Shown here piece after piece: positions 35,576-44,834 of a DNA stretch of 46,667 nt; the first letter of the stretch is position 1; each line of letters starts with the position of its first letter. The stretch comes from a virus (Duplodnaviria > Caudoviricetes). Under the pieces are notes generated by a model. The model saw only the letters and a list, made by a program, of their open reading frames with translations. It searched no databases and was not told the DNA's origin. Made by a program: the position numbers and the translations under genes. The stretch lies in IMG/VR virus record IMGVR_UViG_3300039916_000024, positions 1-46,667 of that record; one strand, written 5' to 3'.

Positions 35576-37948
35576 ATGACGCAACATGTTGGTGAACTGG
35601 GGGAAGTGGACCCCGAATCCTCGATCCTCTTCCTGGGGTCCGGTTTCAGTCTCGGTGCGACCAACATTGCGAACAAATGCCCACCGAACGGCCGCGGGCT
35701 TCGCCGTCACTTTATTCAGCAGCTCAAGCTACCCACCGATACGGATTATGATCTCCAAGTTCTAACCGAGGAGTTCGCAGAAAACGACGCAGAGAAGCTT
35801 CGGGACGAGCTTTACAGGATATTCCGTCTGACAGCGCTGACTGATGGACAGAAAGCCATTCTGAACAAGTCGTGGCGGCGGATTTACTCGACCAATTACG
35901 ACGACGCGGTCGAACTGCATCGCTTGAGCATTAAGGTTTCGCCCAACGCCTTCGACGTCTCGCAGCCGGTCCCGAACAAGCTGCCGCACGGAGCTGTCGT
36001 TCACCTCCACGGCAGCATCCGATTGATCACCGCCGAGAATGTACGGGAAAGCCTCGTGCTCGGTGAGGCATCCTACGTGAACCAGTATGTCGTGCGGTCC
36101 CCATGGTATGACCAGTTCCAGCGCGACCTGGCGTTCGCAAGTGCGCTCTACATCATTGGCTACAGCTTGGCCGACTACCACATCGCTGGCCTACTGATGG
36201 CCAACCCGAAACTCGCCGAGCGCACCGTCTTCATCCAGGGTCCTGATCCCGACCAAACGTTCGTGCGTCGCACAGCACAATATGGACGCACGATGTTCAT
36301 CGGCACCGACGGCTTCGCCGATGCCTTAGCGCGAGCGCCACGTCCGACGGCACCGAGCCTCAACAATCTGCGGTCCTTTCGCTCGCTCGCGCCCACCCGC
36401 GACAAAAAGGCGAGCGCCCGACCTACCGCCGTCGAGGTATATGATCTTCTCGTGTACGGCGATTTCGACGCCGGACGACTGGCTCGTTCGCAGCCCGCGG
36501 AGGACTACGCGATCGCCCGGGCGGAGGTCGTGCGCTCGGCAGCCGACGCTGTGGAAGGCAAGGCAGCTTTGGTGGTCGACGGCCGGCTGGGCAATGGCAA
36601 GTCGGTCTTCTTGCATTTGCTCGCGTTCGAGCTCTCGGCGCGGGGCTGGACCTGTCTGCTCCTTCGGCCCAGCCACCCGGACTTGCAGATGGATGTGGCA
36701 GCGCTCGCCGATGTTGAACGCGTGGTCGTGTTCATCGAGCAGTATTCGGCCGCTCAGGACGCCTTGCGAGGCCTACGCGAGGCGCTCCCAAAAGCGAAGA
36801 TTGTGGTGGAGGTGCGAACAGGCACATTTGAGGTTCGGTTCCACGAGTTGGTGGGGTTGCTGCCCAAGCCGTTCGACCGGGTGAGCCTGAATGCTCTCTC
36901 GCGCGAAGAGGTGCTCGCGTTCCGCCGACTGTGCGACAGCGCAGGGCTTCGCGGTCCAGGCCAGGATCGGGCGAGTGACCTGCGGGACATGCTGCTCGAC
37001 CTGTTTGAGAACAATGCGATCCGTGAACGGGTGCGCGCGGCCTTAGCGCCACTTTTCGAGAAGCGGGCGACCCGACGCATCCTCACGATGACAATGCTGA
37101 TCTCCACACACCAAGGCACGGTCGGAGCCGCGTTCGTGCGCTCAGTGATCGGCGAGGATCCTTTCGCGGCGTTGAAGCCGTTGGAGGATCTGTCGCATGA
37201 GATTTTCGAGACTTCGGCTGATAGCTTCAGGGCTCGCTCTGCAGTGTTTTCGTCATTCGTGATCAACGCGTTCATCGATCCCGACGAGATTGCCGATGCG
37301 GTCGTCGAGGTGACACTTGCCGCTGCAAAACGTCGCGGAGAGCGGCCCTATCGTATCCTCATGTCCAGCATGATGGCCTATTCCAACTTGCGGCGAACCT
37401 TGCGGGGCAAGGGTGACGCTGACGCGCTCATCGTCAGCATCTACGAGCGCCTTCGCTATGACGAGCGTGTCAATGGCGAGCCGCTCTTCTGGCTCCAGTA
37501 CGCGATAGCGATGGCCGAGGTTCCACGACTCGACACCGCTGATGAGTATATCGCCACAGCCTACCGCAAGGCGGAAGCGCTGCCCGGCTTTCAAACCTAT
37601 CAGATCGATACTCAGGCATTCCGCATCGCGCTGTTGCGCGCAACCCAACAAAGGCCCGGACAGGAAATCTTCAACATCCAGGCCGTGTTCGACGGACTCG
37701 AGCGGGTGGACGCGATGCTCAGCGATAGCAGTCATAGAGCGTACGCGGTGCGGGTGCTCGACGGCGTCCAGCCATTTGTAACGGCGCGCCGTGCCGATCT
37801 CGCGGCAGGCGAGCGGATCGCGCTCCAGTTCTGGCTGCTTAAGGTCGTGAAGTCTCTGGCCTCTCTGCCAGACGACTTCAAAGCTACCACCGGATCCGAG
37901 GCCACCCGGGCACGTATCGAGGCAGCAGCCGCAACTTTCATCAGCTGA
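35576..37948 (+). CDS. SIR2-like domain plus P-loop NTPase plus helical repeats; putative anti-phage NADase (Avs5-like architecture)
   Basis: ILFLGSGFS, YSTNYDD, HLHGS, IIGYSLAD (SIR2_2); Walker A GRLGNGKS, Walker B-like VVVFIE; helical C-terminus PLFWLQYAIA; visibly lower GC than flanks. Confidence 0.85.
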   Translation: MTQHVGELGEVDPESSILFLGSGFSLGATNIANKCPPNGRGLRRHFIQQLKLPTDTDYDLQVLTEEFAENDAEKLRDELYRIFRLTALTDGQKAILNKSWRRIYSTNYDDAVELHRLSIKVSPNAFDVSQPVPNKLPHGAVVHLHGSIRLITAENVRESLVLGEASYVNQYVVRSPWYDQFQRDLAFASALYIIGYSLADYHIAGLLMANPKLAERTVFIQGPDPDQTFVRRTAQYGRTMFIGTDGFADALARAPRPTAPSLNNLRSFRSLAPTRDKKASARPTAVEVYDLLVYGDFDAGRLARSQPAEDYAIARAEVVRSAADAVEGKAALVVDGRLGNGKSVFLHLLAFELSARGWTCLLLRPSHPDLQMDVAALADVERVVVFIEQYSAAQDALRGLREALPKAKIVVEVRTGTFEVRFHELVGLLPKPFDRVSLNALSREEVLAFRRLCDSAGLRGPGQDRASDLRDMLLDLFENNAIRERVRAALAPLFEKRATRRILTMTMLISTHQGTVGAAFVRSVIGEDPFAALKPLEDLSHEIFETSADSFRARSAVFSSFVINAFIDPDEIADAVVEVTLAAAKRRGERPYRILMSSMMAYSNLRRTLRGKGDADALIVSIYERLRYDERVNGEPLFWLQYAIAMAEVPRLDTADEYIATAYRKAEALPGFQTYQIDTQAFRIALLRATQQRPGQEIFNIQAVFDGLERVDAMLSDSSHRAYAVRVLDGVQPFVTARRADLAAGERIALQFWLLKVVKSLASLPDDFKATTGSEATRARIEAAAATFIS

Positions 37949-38313
37949 TTCCGATCGATCAGTGCGTCCATTGATCTCCCAATTCTAGTACGGCTTCGCA
38001 TTAACCATCGCTATGTGAATGTCCGTGATTCGGCACGTGAAGGATCGTGCTGAGCAGTGGGCAGGGTCGAGATCTGTCGGCGTGAACCGGCGCTGGAGAA
38101 TAGTCGGCAATTCCTCCGCCTTCTCTTCAAACCGGCCCGACCGAAGTTGGCCCGGTATCCGACATCGATTTGCTGGAGCAAACGCTCGATTTAGGTCCGA
38201 CGCCGCCGGCCAATCTATCGGCCGGCTCCCCGCCATGGACCCGGCATCTCCCAGCGTTGGTCGTCGCTTTGTCGGCTGCCAGACGCGGTTTCAAGATAAG
38301 GAAGCTAAGTCGC

Positions 38314-38691
38314 ATGCTCACCCTCGACCTCCCGGTCGAGCCGTACTGGCTCGACCTGCCGCGCGGCGTCCGCGTGGAAATCCGCCCCGTCACCACCGCC
38401 GTGATGGCCGCCGCCCAGGCCGGCTCTGCCCGTCGCCTCGGCGCCCTGCGAGCCTCGGAGGCCGACCTCGACCCCGACATGGCGCGCGGCCTGGCCTTCG
38501 CGTTCCTGGTCAAGGCGCTGGCCCGCCACGCCGTCACCGCCTGGGAGGGCGTCGGCGATGCCGCGGGCAAGCCGCTGCCGCTCTCCCCCGAGGCGGTCGA
38601 GCGCCTGATGGACATGGACGAGATGGCCGCCGCCTTCTGGGACCGTGCCACCGGCCCCGTCGCCACCGTGGCCCTGGAGGGAAACGGCTAA
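38314..38691 (+). CDS. Tail assembly chaperone (gpG-like)
   Basis: MLTLDLPVEPYWLDL..AWEGVGD; before the tape measure gene; ends with a slippery site. Confidence 0.85.
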   Translation: MLTLDLPVEPYWLDLPRGVRVEIRPVTTAVMAAAQAGSARRLGALRASEADLDPDMARGLAFAFLVKALARHAVTAWEGVGDAAGKPLPLSPEAVERLMDMDEMAAAFWDRATGPVATVALEGNG

Positions 38692-39008
38692 GGGCTCGCG
38701 CCGAATGGCACTTCGGCCAGGGCCCTGACTACTGCCGCGGATGCGCGGCCCTCGATCGCGACTGTGGCCTGGCCTGCCCCTACGCCGCGCACGCCCCGGC
38801 TAGCGTCGAGGGTGCAGCCTGCTGGGCCGCCGGCACGACCTGCGCCACGGCGACCATGGCGGGCCTAGACCTCGACATGCCGGCCGCACTCGCCACCGCC
38901 CGCGAGATGGGCGCCTCCGGCTGGGCCGCGGCCGAACTGCTGCTGGCCATGCGCATGGGCCTCGCCGCAGGCAGCGCCGCGCGTCGCACCGATCCCCCCG
39001 GACCCTGA
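38679..39008 (+). CDS. gpGT-like -1 frameshift extension of the chaperone
   Basis: G-GGA-AAC heptamer at 38679-38685; -1 frame open to 39008 (RARAEWHFGQGPDYC..). Confidence 0.8.
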   Translation, partial: GKRLRARAEWHFGQGPDYCRGCAALDRDCGLACPYAAHAPASVEGAACWAAGTTCATATMAGLDLDMPAALATAREMGASGWAAAELLLAMRMGLAAGSAARRTDPPGP

Positions 39009-39037
39009 CCACCACACTGAGGCAGGAGGCATGACGC

Positions 39038-41194
39038 ATGGCGGATAGCACGCGCCGTGTCTCGGTCCGCCTGTCGCTGGACGATGCCGCCCGGGTCAAG
39101 CAGGAGCTGCGCGAGGTCGGCGAGACCGGCCAGCGAAGCCTGGAGCGCATCCAGGGCGGCGCCGATCGCGCCTCCCGCGCGCTGGACCTGCTCGACGTCG
39201 CCGTGCGCGGGGTGCAGATCGCCGGCCTCGCCGCCGGGCTGCGCGCGGTGGTCGTCGCCGGCGACGCGCTCACCCAGTCGATGGGCAGGCTGAACACCGC
39301 GCTGGGCTCCGTCGAGCGTGCCGGCGAGATCTACGACCGGCTCTATCGCGACAGCCTGCAGACCGGCGTGGCGGTGCGCGAGAGCGTGGACGCCTTCGCC
39401 CGCTTTTCGATCGCGGCGCGCGAGATCGGCGCCACCTCCGACCAGGTCGCCACGCTGGTCGGCGGCTTGCAGCGCATCGCCATCGCCTCCGGCGCCTCGC
39501 AGCAGGAGATCGCCTCCAGCACCCAACAGCTCGCGCAGGCGCTGGCCTCCGGCACGCTGCAGGGCGATGAGCTGCGGTCCATCCTGGAAGGACTGCCCAC
39601 CCTGGCGCAGGCGCTGGCGCGCGAACTCGGCGTCTCCATCGGCGAGCTGCGCAAGCTCGGCTCCGAGGGCAAGCTCACCGCCGATACGGTCTTCCCGGCG
39701 CTCCTGCGCGCCGTCGAGCGGCTGAATGGCGAGTTCGAGCGCGCGCCGCTCTCCGTTGGCCGTGCCTTCGGGCAGCTCACCGCCGCCGCCGACCAGTTTT
39801 TGGCGCGGCTCGACCAGGCCATCGGCCTGTCCAACGCCCTGGCGCGCGCGCTCTCCGGCGCAGCGCGCGTGCTGGACGGCGTGCGCCGCGGCTCCGGCCT
39901 GCTGCTGCCCAGCGAGCAGGAGGCTGACCGCCGCGCCCAGGCCGAGGCGCTCCGCGCCCAGATCGCCCGCCTCGAGGCGGAGAGCGACGGTCGCGACAGC
40001 CTCCGCTCCCAGCCCCGGCGTGGTTCGATCCAGGGCGGGCTGGTCGGCGCCGCTCAGCAGCAGGCTGGCGTGGATCGCGCCGCTCGCCTGGAGGAGCTTC
40101 GCCGGCAGTACCAGGAACTCCAGGAGGAAATCAGCCGCGGTGAGGCTGCCGCCGGTGAGCGCCAGCGCACCGAGCAGGAGAGCGCCGCCGCCCAGGCCGC
40201 CGAGGCCCGCCGCCGCCGCACCGCCGCCGATGCCGAGGAACTGCGCAAGGCACTGGACGACCGCTTTCGGATCAACAGCGAATACGACGACCGCGTCCGC
40301 CGCCTGCGCGAGGCCGAGGCCGCGGGTGGCATCACCGCCGCCGATCGTACCCGCCTCGAAACCCTGGCGCTGCGGGAACGCGATGAGGCCCTGCGCCGCA
40401 TCGAGGGCACCACCCGACGTGTGGCGTCCATCCCGCGCCCCGACCGCGAGGCCGAGCGCGAGATCAACGACATCATCCGCGAGCGCGAGCGGCTGATCCA
40501 GAACAACGAGAACGCCCAGGAACGCTACACCCGGCGCCTGGAAACCCTCGGCCGGTTGGTGGAGCGGTCCGAGCGCATTGGCCAGCCCATCCCCGACGAG
40601 ACAATCTCGCGCGAGGCCAATGCCGCTCTGGAGGAGCTGGAGCGCAGCCAGCAGCGCGTGCAGCAGGCCACCGAGCGCACGAGCAACACGGCGCGCGAAC
40701 TTGGCCTGACCTTCTCGTCGGCCTTCGAGGACGCGATCATCAAGGGCGAGAGCTTCTCGAAGGTGCTGCAGGGCATCCTGCAGGACATCGCCCGCATCGT
40801 CGTCCGCCGCACCATCACCGAGCCGCTTGGCACGGCGGTGACCTCCAGCCTGGCCGGCTTTGACTTCGGCTCGGTCTTCTCCGGCATCGGCTCGGCGCTG
40901 GGCGGGCTGTTCCGCGCCGAGGGCGGGCCTGTGGCAGGCGGCCAGCCCTACATCGTCGGCGAGCGCGGGCCCGAATGGTTCGTGCCGCGCTCCGCAGGCA
41001 CGGTGCTGCCCAATGGCATGGCGCCGGGCGGGCCGGTGATCAACCAGAGCATCACTATCGATGCACGAGGCGCCGATGCCGGGGTCGAGGCGCGGCTGCG
41101 GGTGCTCTCGGCGCAGATCGTGCGTCAGGCCAGCGCCGCCACGCTCGACGCTATCCGCCGCGGCGGCAGCGCCACCTCCATCGTGCGGGGATAG
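39038..41194 (+). CDS. Tail tape measure protein
   Basis: QLAQALASGTLQGDELRSILE domain; long helical body; RAEGGPV..YIVGERGPEWFVP. Confidence 0.93.
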   Translation: MADSTRRVSVRLSLDDAARVKQELREVGETGQRSLERIQGGADRASRALDLLDVAVRGVQIAGLAAGLRAVVVAGDALTQSMGRLNTALGSVERAGEIYDRLYRDSLQTGVAVRESVDAFARFSIAAREIGATSDQVATLVGGLQRIAIASGASQQEIASSTQQLAQALASGTLQGDELRSILEGLPTLAQALARELGVSIGELRKLGSEGKLTADTVFPALLRAVERLNGEFERAPLSVGRAFGQLTAAADQFLARLDQAIGLSNALARALSGAARVLDGVRRGSGLLLPSEQEADRRAQAEALRAQIARLEAESDGRDSLRSQPRRGSIQGGLVGAAQQQAGVDRAARLEELRRQYQELQEEISRGEAAAGERQRTEQESAAAQAAEARRRRTAADAEELRKALDDRFRINSEYDDRVRRLREAEAAGGITAADRTRLETLALRERDEALRRIEGTTRRVASIPRPDREAEREINDIIRERERLIQNNENAQERYTRRLETLGRLVERSERIGQPIPDETISREANAALEELERSQQRVQQATERTSNTARELGLTFSSAFEDAIIKGESFSKVLQGILQDIARIVVRRTITEPLGTAVTSSLAGFDFGSVFSGIGSALGGLFRAEGGPVAGGQPYIVGERGPEWFVPRSAGTVLPNGMAPGGPVINQSITIDARGADAGVEARLRVLSAQIVRQASAATLDAIRRGGSATSIVRG

Positions 41195-41198
41195 GGCC

Positions 41199-41885
41199 AT
41201 GACCGAATACGCCTGGCCCGCCACGCTTCGCCCGAGCCGCCTCAGCTTCTACCTCCAGCACAACACGCTGCGCTTCGTCTCGCCCGTCACGCGCGCCACG
41301 CAGGTGCTGCGGCGCGAGGGCGCGCGCTGGGTGGCGGAGGCCAGCTTCGAACCGCTGGGCCGCGTGCAGGCGGGCGTGATGGACGGGCTGCTGGCGGCAC
41401 TCGCCGGCTCGGCCAACACGGTGCGCATCTGGGACTGGCGGCGGGAGTACCGCACCGGCGATCCGCGCAGCCAGGGCGATGTGCCGACCGGGCCGTATTC
41501 CTTCTCGGACGCGACGATCTTCACGGACGGGACCGGGCTGGTGGTGGGCTCGGGCAATCCCTCTCTGGCAGCGGGTGCGCCACGCGGGGCGCTGTCCATC
41601 GTCACGCAGGGCTGGTGGCCGAGCACGGTGGCGGTCGGCGCGGGCGACTACATCGGCCTGGGTGGGCGGCTCTACATCGCCACTGCCGCGGTCGCCGCCT
41701 CGGGCGCCGGGACCGCCACCATCGCCATCGCCCCGCCGCTGCGCGCCGCGGTGGTGGTGGGCGAGCCGCTGATCCTCTCGCTGCCGAGCGTGCCGATGCG
41801 CCTGGTCTCGGATGATGAGGCGGCCAACCCGACGCGGCCCGGACCCTTCGCCGCCGTCACGATCCGCCTCGAGGAAGCCCTCTGA
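41199..41885 (+). CDS. Distal tail protein
   Basis: MTEYAWP..FVSPVTRATQV..GARW; position after the tape measure gene. Confidence 0.75.
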   Translation: MTEYAWPATLRPSRLSFYLQHNTLRFVSPVTRATQVLRREGARWVAEASFEPLGRVQAGVMDGLLAALAGSANTVRIWDWRREYRTGDPRSQGDVPTGPYSFSDATIFTDGTGLVVGSGNPSLAAGAPRGALSIVTQGWWPSTVAVGAGDYIGLGGRLYIATAAVAASGAGTATIAIAPPLRAAVVVGEPLILSLPSVPMRLVSDDEAANPTRPGPFAAVTIRLEEAL

Positions 41886-42451
41886 TGTCCGGCACCCCGC
41901 GCCTCAGCAACCAGGCGGCGGCCGCGGCCACCGCGCCGATCGCCACGCCGGTGGTGCTGGTCGAGCTCGACTTCGCCACCGGCCCCTTTCGCGTCTGGAC
42001 CGGGCTCGGTCCGCTGGACTGGGCGGGGAAGGTCTTCGCGGGCGCCGGCAGCATCGGCGCCATCTCGGATGTGGAGGAGACGGTCGAGCTGCGTGCCGTG
42101 CGGCTCACCCTCGCGCTGTCGCCAGTGCCGCAGGATGTGGTGGATATCGCCCTGGCGGAGCGCAGCTATCGGCTGCGGCCGGTCACGCTTTGGGGCGCGC
42201 TGCTCGATGCGCAGGGGGCCTTCGTGGCGGACCCGTTTCCGCTCTGGGCCGGGCTGATGGACACGATGGAGGTCACGGACGGCGCCGAACCCTCCGTGGC
42301 ACTGGCCTGCGAAAGCCGGCTGGTGGACCTCGAGCGCGCCGAGGTGCGGCGCTACACCGATGCCGACCAGCAGGCCGAGTATCCCGGCGATCGGTTCTTC
42401 GAGTTCGTCCCCGCCCTGCAGGAGGCGGAGATCCGGCTGCCGATCCAGTGA
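41885..42451 (+). CDS. Tail tip/hub protein
   Basis: VWTGLGPLDWAG..RRYTDADQQAEYPGDRFFEFV. Confidence 0.78.
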   Translation: MSGTPRLSNQAAAAATAPIATPVVLVELDFATGPFRVWTGLGPLDWAGKVFAGAGSIGAISDVEETVELRAVRLTLALSPVPQDVVDIALAERSYRLRPVTLWGALLDAQGAFVADPFPLWAGLMDTMEVTDGAEPSVALACESRLVDLERAEVRRYTDADQQAEYPGDRFFEFVPALQEAEIRLPIQ

Positions 42452-42801
42452 CGCGGCTGCCCGATTGGCCGGAGCGACTGGCTTCGCTGGTCACCGCGGC
42501 GGAGCATCGGCCCTTCGACGCAGCGCGCTGGAACTGCGGGCGTCTTGGCCTGGCCGCGGTGGTGGCATGCACCGGACACCGGCCGTCGTGGCAGCACCGC
42601 CCCACGCTGGCGGCGATGGCGGACACCGCCGGCTTCCCCCGCGTCCCCGTGCCCTTCGCCCGCGCTGGCGACGTGGTGCTCGCCCGAGACCCGGATCGCC
42701 TGGGCGTGGTCCTGGATGCCGGCCGCGCCGCCTTCGTCGGTCCCGCGGGTCTGCTCCGCCTCCCCATCACCGCATGCACCATCGCCTGGAGGGTTGGCTG
42801 A
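42448..42801 (+). CDS. DUF6950/NlpC-P60-like tail assembly protein
   Basis: RLPDWPERL..PFDAARWNC..ARAGDVV..AWRVG. Confidence 0.72.
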   Translation: MTRLPDWPERLASLVTAAEHRPFDAARWNCGRLGLAAVVACTGHRPSWQHRPTLAAMADTAGFPRVPVPFARAGDVVLARDPDRLGVVLDAGRAAFVGPAGLLRLPITACTIAWRVG

Positions 42802-44822
42802 TGCCCGTCGCCATCCCCTTCATCGCCGCCGCGGCGGGGGCTGCCGCCTCGGCCGTCATTGGCGGCGGCGTCCTGGGCGCCGTGGCGGCCGCCGGCGCCG
42901 CCCTGGTGGTCTCCGCCGTGGGTGCGGCCGTCTTCCGCCCCAAGTCGCCCTCCGCCGCCCGCAGCGCCAACGTGACGCCAGGGACGGACACCGGCCCCGG
43001 CTCCGGCTTCGACCCGCGCACGCCGGGCGCGGGCCGCACCCAGTCTTTCCGCCAGCCGATCACCGAGCACCAGATCGTCTTCGGCCGCTGCCGCACCTCC
43101 GGCCCCGTGGTGTTCCTGCATTCCGCCACCGATGACGAGGGTCGCGCCGATGGCTTCCTGCATGTCGTCGTGGTGCTGGCCGCGCATCGCGTCCGCGCCA
43201 TCGGCGAGGTCTTTCTAAACGGCACCGCGTCGACCGACGCGAAGTTCGCCGGGCTGCTGCGCATCGACCGCGCGCTGGGCGATCCCGCGCAGGTGGCCAA
43301 CGCCAATCTCGTCGCGGACACGGGCGGCCAGTGGACCACGGCCCATCGTGGCCAGGGGCGGGCCTATCTCGCCGTGCGGCTCAAGCTGCGGCCCGAGGCC
43401 TTTCCCTCCGGCGCGCCCAGCCTCTCCGCCATCGTCGAGGGCGCGGACACCATCCTCGACCCGCGCACCGGCGCCACCGGCTGGTCCGACAACCCCGCGC
43501 TGTGCCTGGCCTGGTACCTGACCTCGTCCTTCGGGTGGCGCGCCGCCTGGGCGGACATCGACCTGCCGGCGCTCATGGCCGCGGCCAACATCTGCGACGA
43601 GATCATGGGCCGGCGCGATGGCACCGGCGAGCGCCGCTACACCGTCAACGGCGCCGTCACCCTGGGCGAGGGCAAGATCGCCATCACCCGCAAGCTGGTC
43701 GCCGCCATGGCGGGTGCGCTCGTGGTCTCGGGCGGGCGTTTCTACATTCATGCCGGGGCGCCGGCGCTGCCGGCTGCCACACTCACCTCCGACGATCTGC
43801 GCGGCGACGTCACCATCGTGGGCTCCCGGCCTCGACGGGATCTCTTCAACGGGGTGCGCGCCGTCTACGTCGAGCCGGCCGCCGCCTGGCAGCCCACCGA
43901 TGCGCCGCCGCTGCTGGCCAGCAACTACGTCACCGAGGATGGCGGCGAGGCGATCTACCGGGACATGGAATTCCCGCTCACCACCTCGGCGGCGACGGTG
44001 CAGCGCCTGATGAAAATCGAACTGGAGCGCAACCGGCGCCAGCGCGAGGTGGCGATGCTGGCCAACCTCTCGGCGCTGCGGCTGCGCCCCTGGGATGGGG
44101 TGACGGTGGCGTTGGAGCGGCTCACGCCCTTTCCCGCTCGCGTGACGGGCTGGGCGCTGGCGCCGGATGGCGGGGTGAACCTGCAATTGGCCGAGGAGGA
44201 TCCCGCCGTCTGGGCGTGGAACCCGGCGACGGATGAGCGCGCGACCGGGCAGAACCCGTCCGTGGTGCTGCCCAACCCGGGCGTCATCGCAGCGCCTGCC
44301 GCGATCCTGGTGGAGACGCCGGTGGCGGTAACTTTCTCCGCGATGGCTGTGTCATGGTCGGCGGTGGGCTCCGCCTATCTCGCTGGCTACGAGATCGAGT
44401 TCCGCCCCACCTCCGTCGCCGTGTGGCAGGGCTATGCGGGCGGCTTCGGCGCTACCGCCGTGGCCATCCCCACCGCGGAGCCCACCGCCTTTCGCGTGCG
44501 CGCCCAGGCCCGCAGCGGCGCCGTGTCGGGCTGGCGCGAGGCACTGGTCCCGGCCGCCGCCTCGGGCTTGGCCGCGACGGGCATTGCCGGCGGCGTGCGG
44601 CTCTCGGGCAGCTTTCCCGCGGATGCGGTGCGGCTGCAGGTCTTCGAGGCCAGCAGCGCCAGCCTGGGCGCCGCCGCCAAGCTGGCCAGCGAGCCAACCG
44701 CACTCCCTTGGGACCGCACCGGCCTCACCACCGGCCAGACCCGCTGGTACTGGCTCCGCAGCGTCTCGGCCGAGGGCAATGTCTCGGCCTTCGCCGGCCC
44801 GGTCACCGCCACCGCCCTCTGA
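42801..44822 (+). CDS. Central tail fibre/host-specificity protein (gpJ-like) with FnIII-like C-terminus
   Basis: IVFGRCRTSG, WSDNPALCLAWYL, AANICDE, RYTVNG, FNGVRAVY; WYWLRSVSAEGNVS. Confidence 0.87.
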   Translation: MPVAIPFIAAAAGAAASAVIGGGVLGAVAAAGAALVVSAVGAAVFRPKSPSAARSANVTPGTDTGPGSGFDPRTPGAGRTQSFRQPITEHQIVFGRCRTSGPVVFLHSATDDEGRADGFLHVVVVLAAHRVRAIGEVFLNGTASTDAKFAGLLRIDRALGDPAQVANANLVADTGGQWTTAHRGQGRAYLAVRLKLRPEAFPSGAPSLSAIVEGADTILDPRTGATGWSDNPALCLAWYLTSSFGWRAAWADIDLPALMAAANICDEIMGRRDGTGERRYTVNGAVTLGEGKIAITRKLVAAMAGALVVSGGRFYIHAGAPALPAATLTSDDLRGDVTIVGSRPRRDLFNGVRAVYVEPAAAWQPTDAPPLLASNYVTEDGGEAIYRDMEFPLTTSAATVQRLMKIELERNRRQREVAMLANLSALRLRPWDGVTVALERLTPFPARVTGWALAPDGGVNLQLAEEDPAVWAWNPATDERATGQNPSVVLPNPGVIAAPAAILVETPVAVTFSAMAVSWSAVGSAYLAGYEIEFRPTSVAVWQGYAGGFGATAVAIPTAEPTAFRVRAQARSGAVSGWREALVPAAASGLAATGIAGGVRLSGSFPADAVRLQVFEASSASLGAAAKLASEPTALPWDRTGLTTGQTRWYWLRSVSAEGNVSAFAGPVTATAL

Positions 44823-44834
44823 TCGGAGAACGCC

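Noticed and set aside
37985-38236. 83-aa minus-strand ORF after the SIR2 gene as a partner or inhibitor
   Set aside because: No clear RBS or recognisable motif; cannot be supported, though a degraded remnant is possible.
38780-41224. Long antisense ORFs (this 814-aa one, also 44352-46556, 27800-29680, 12054-13814, 7330-8919)
   Set aside because: Shadows of high-GC coding genes on the opposite strand; no domain motifs.
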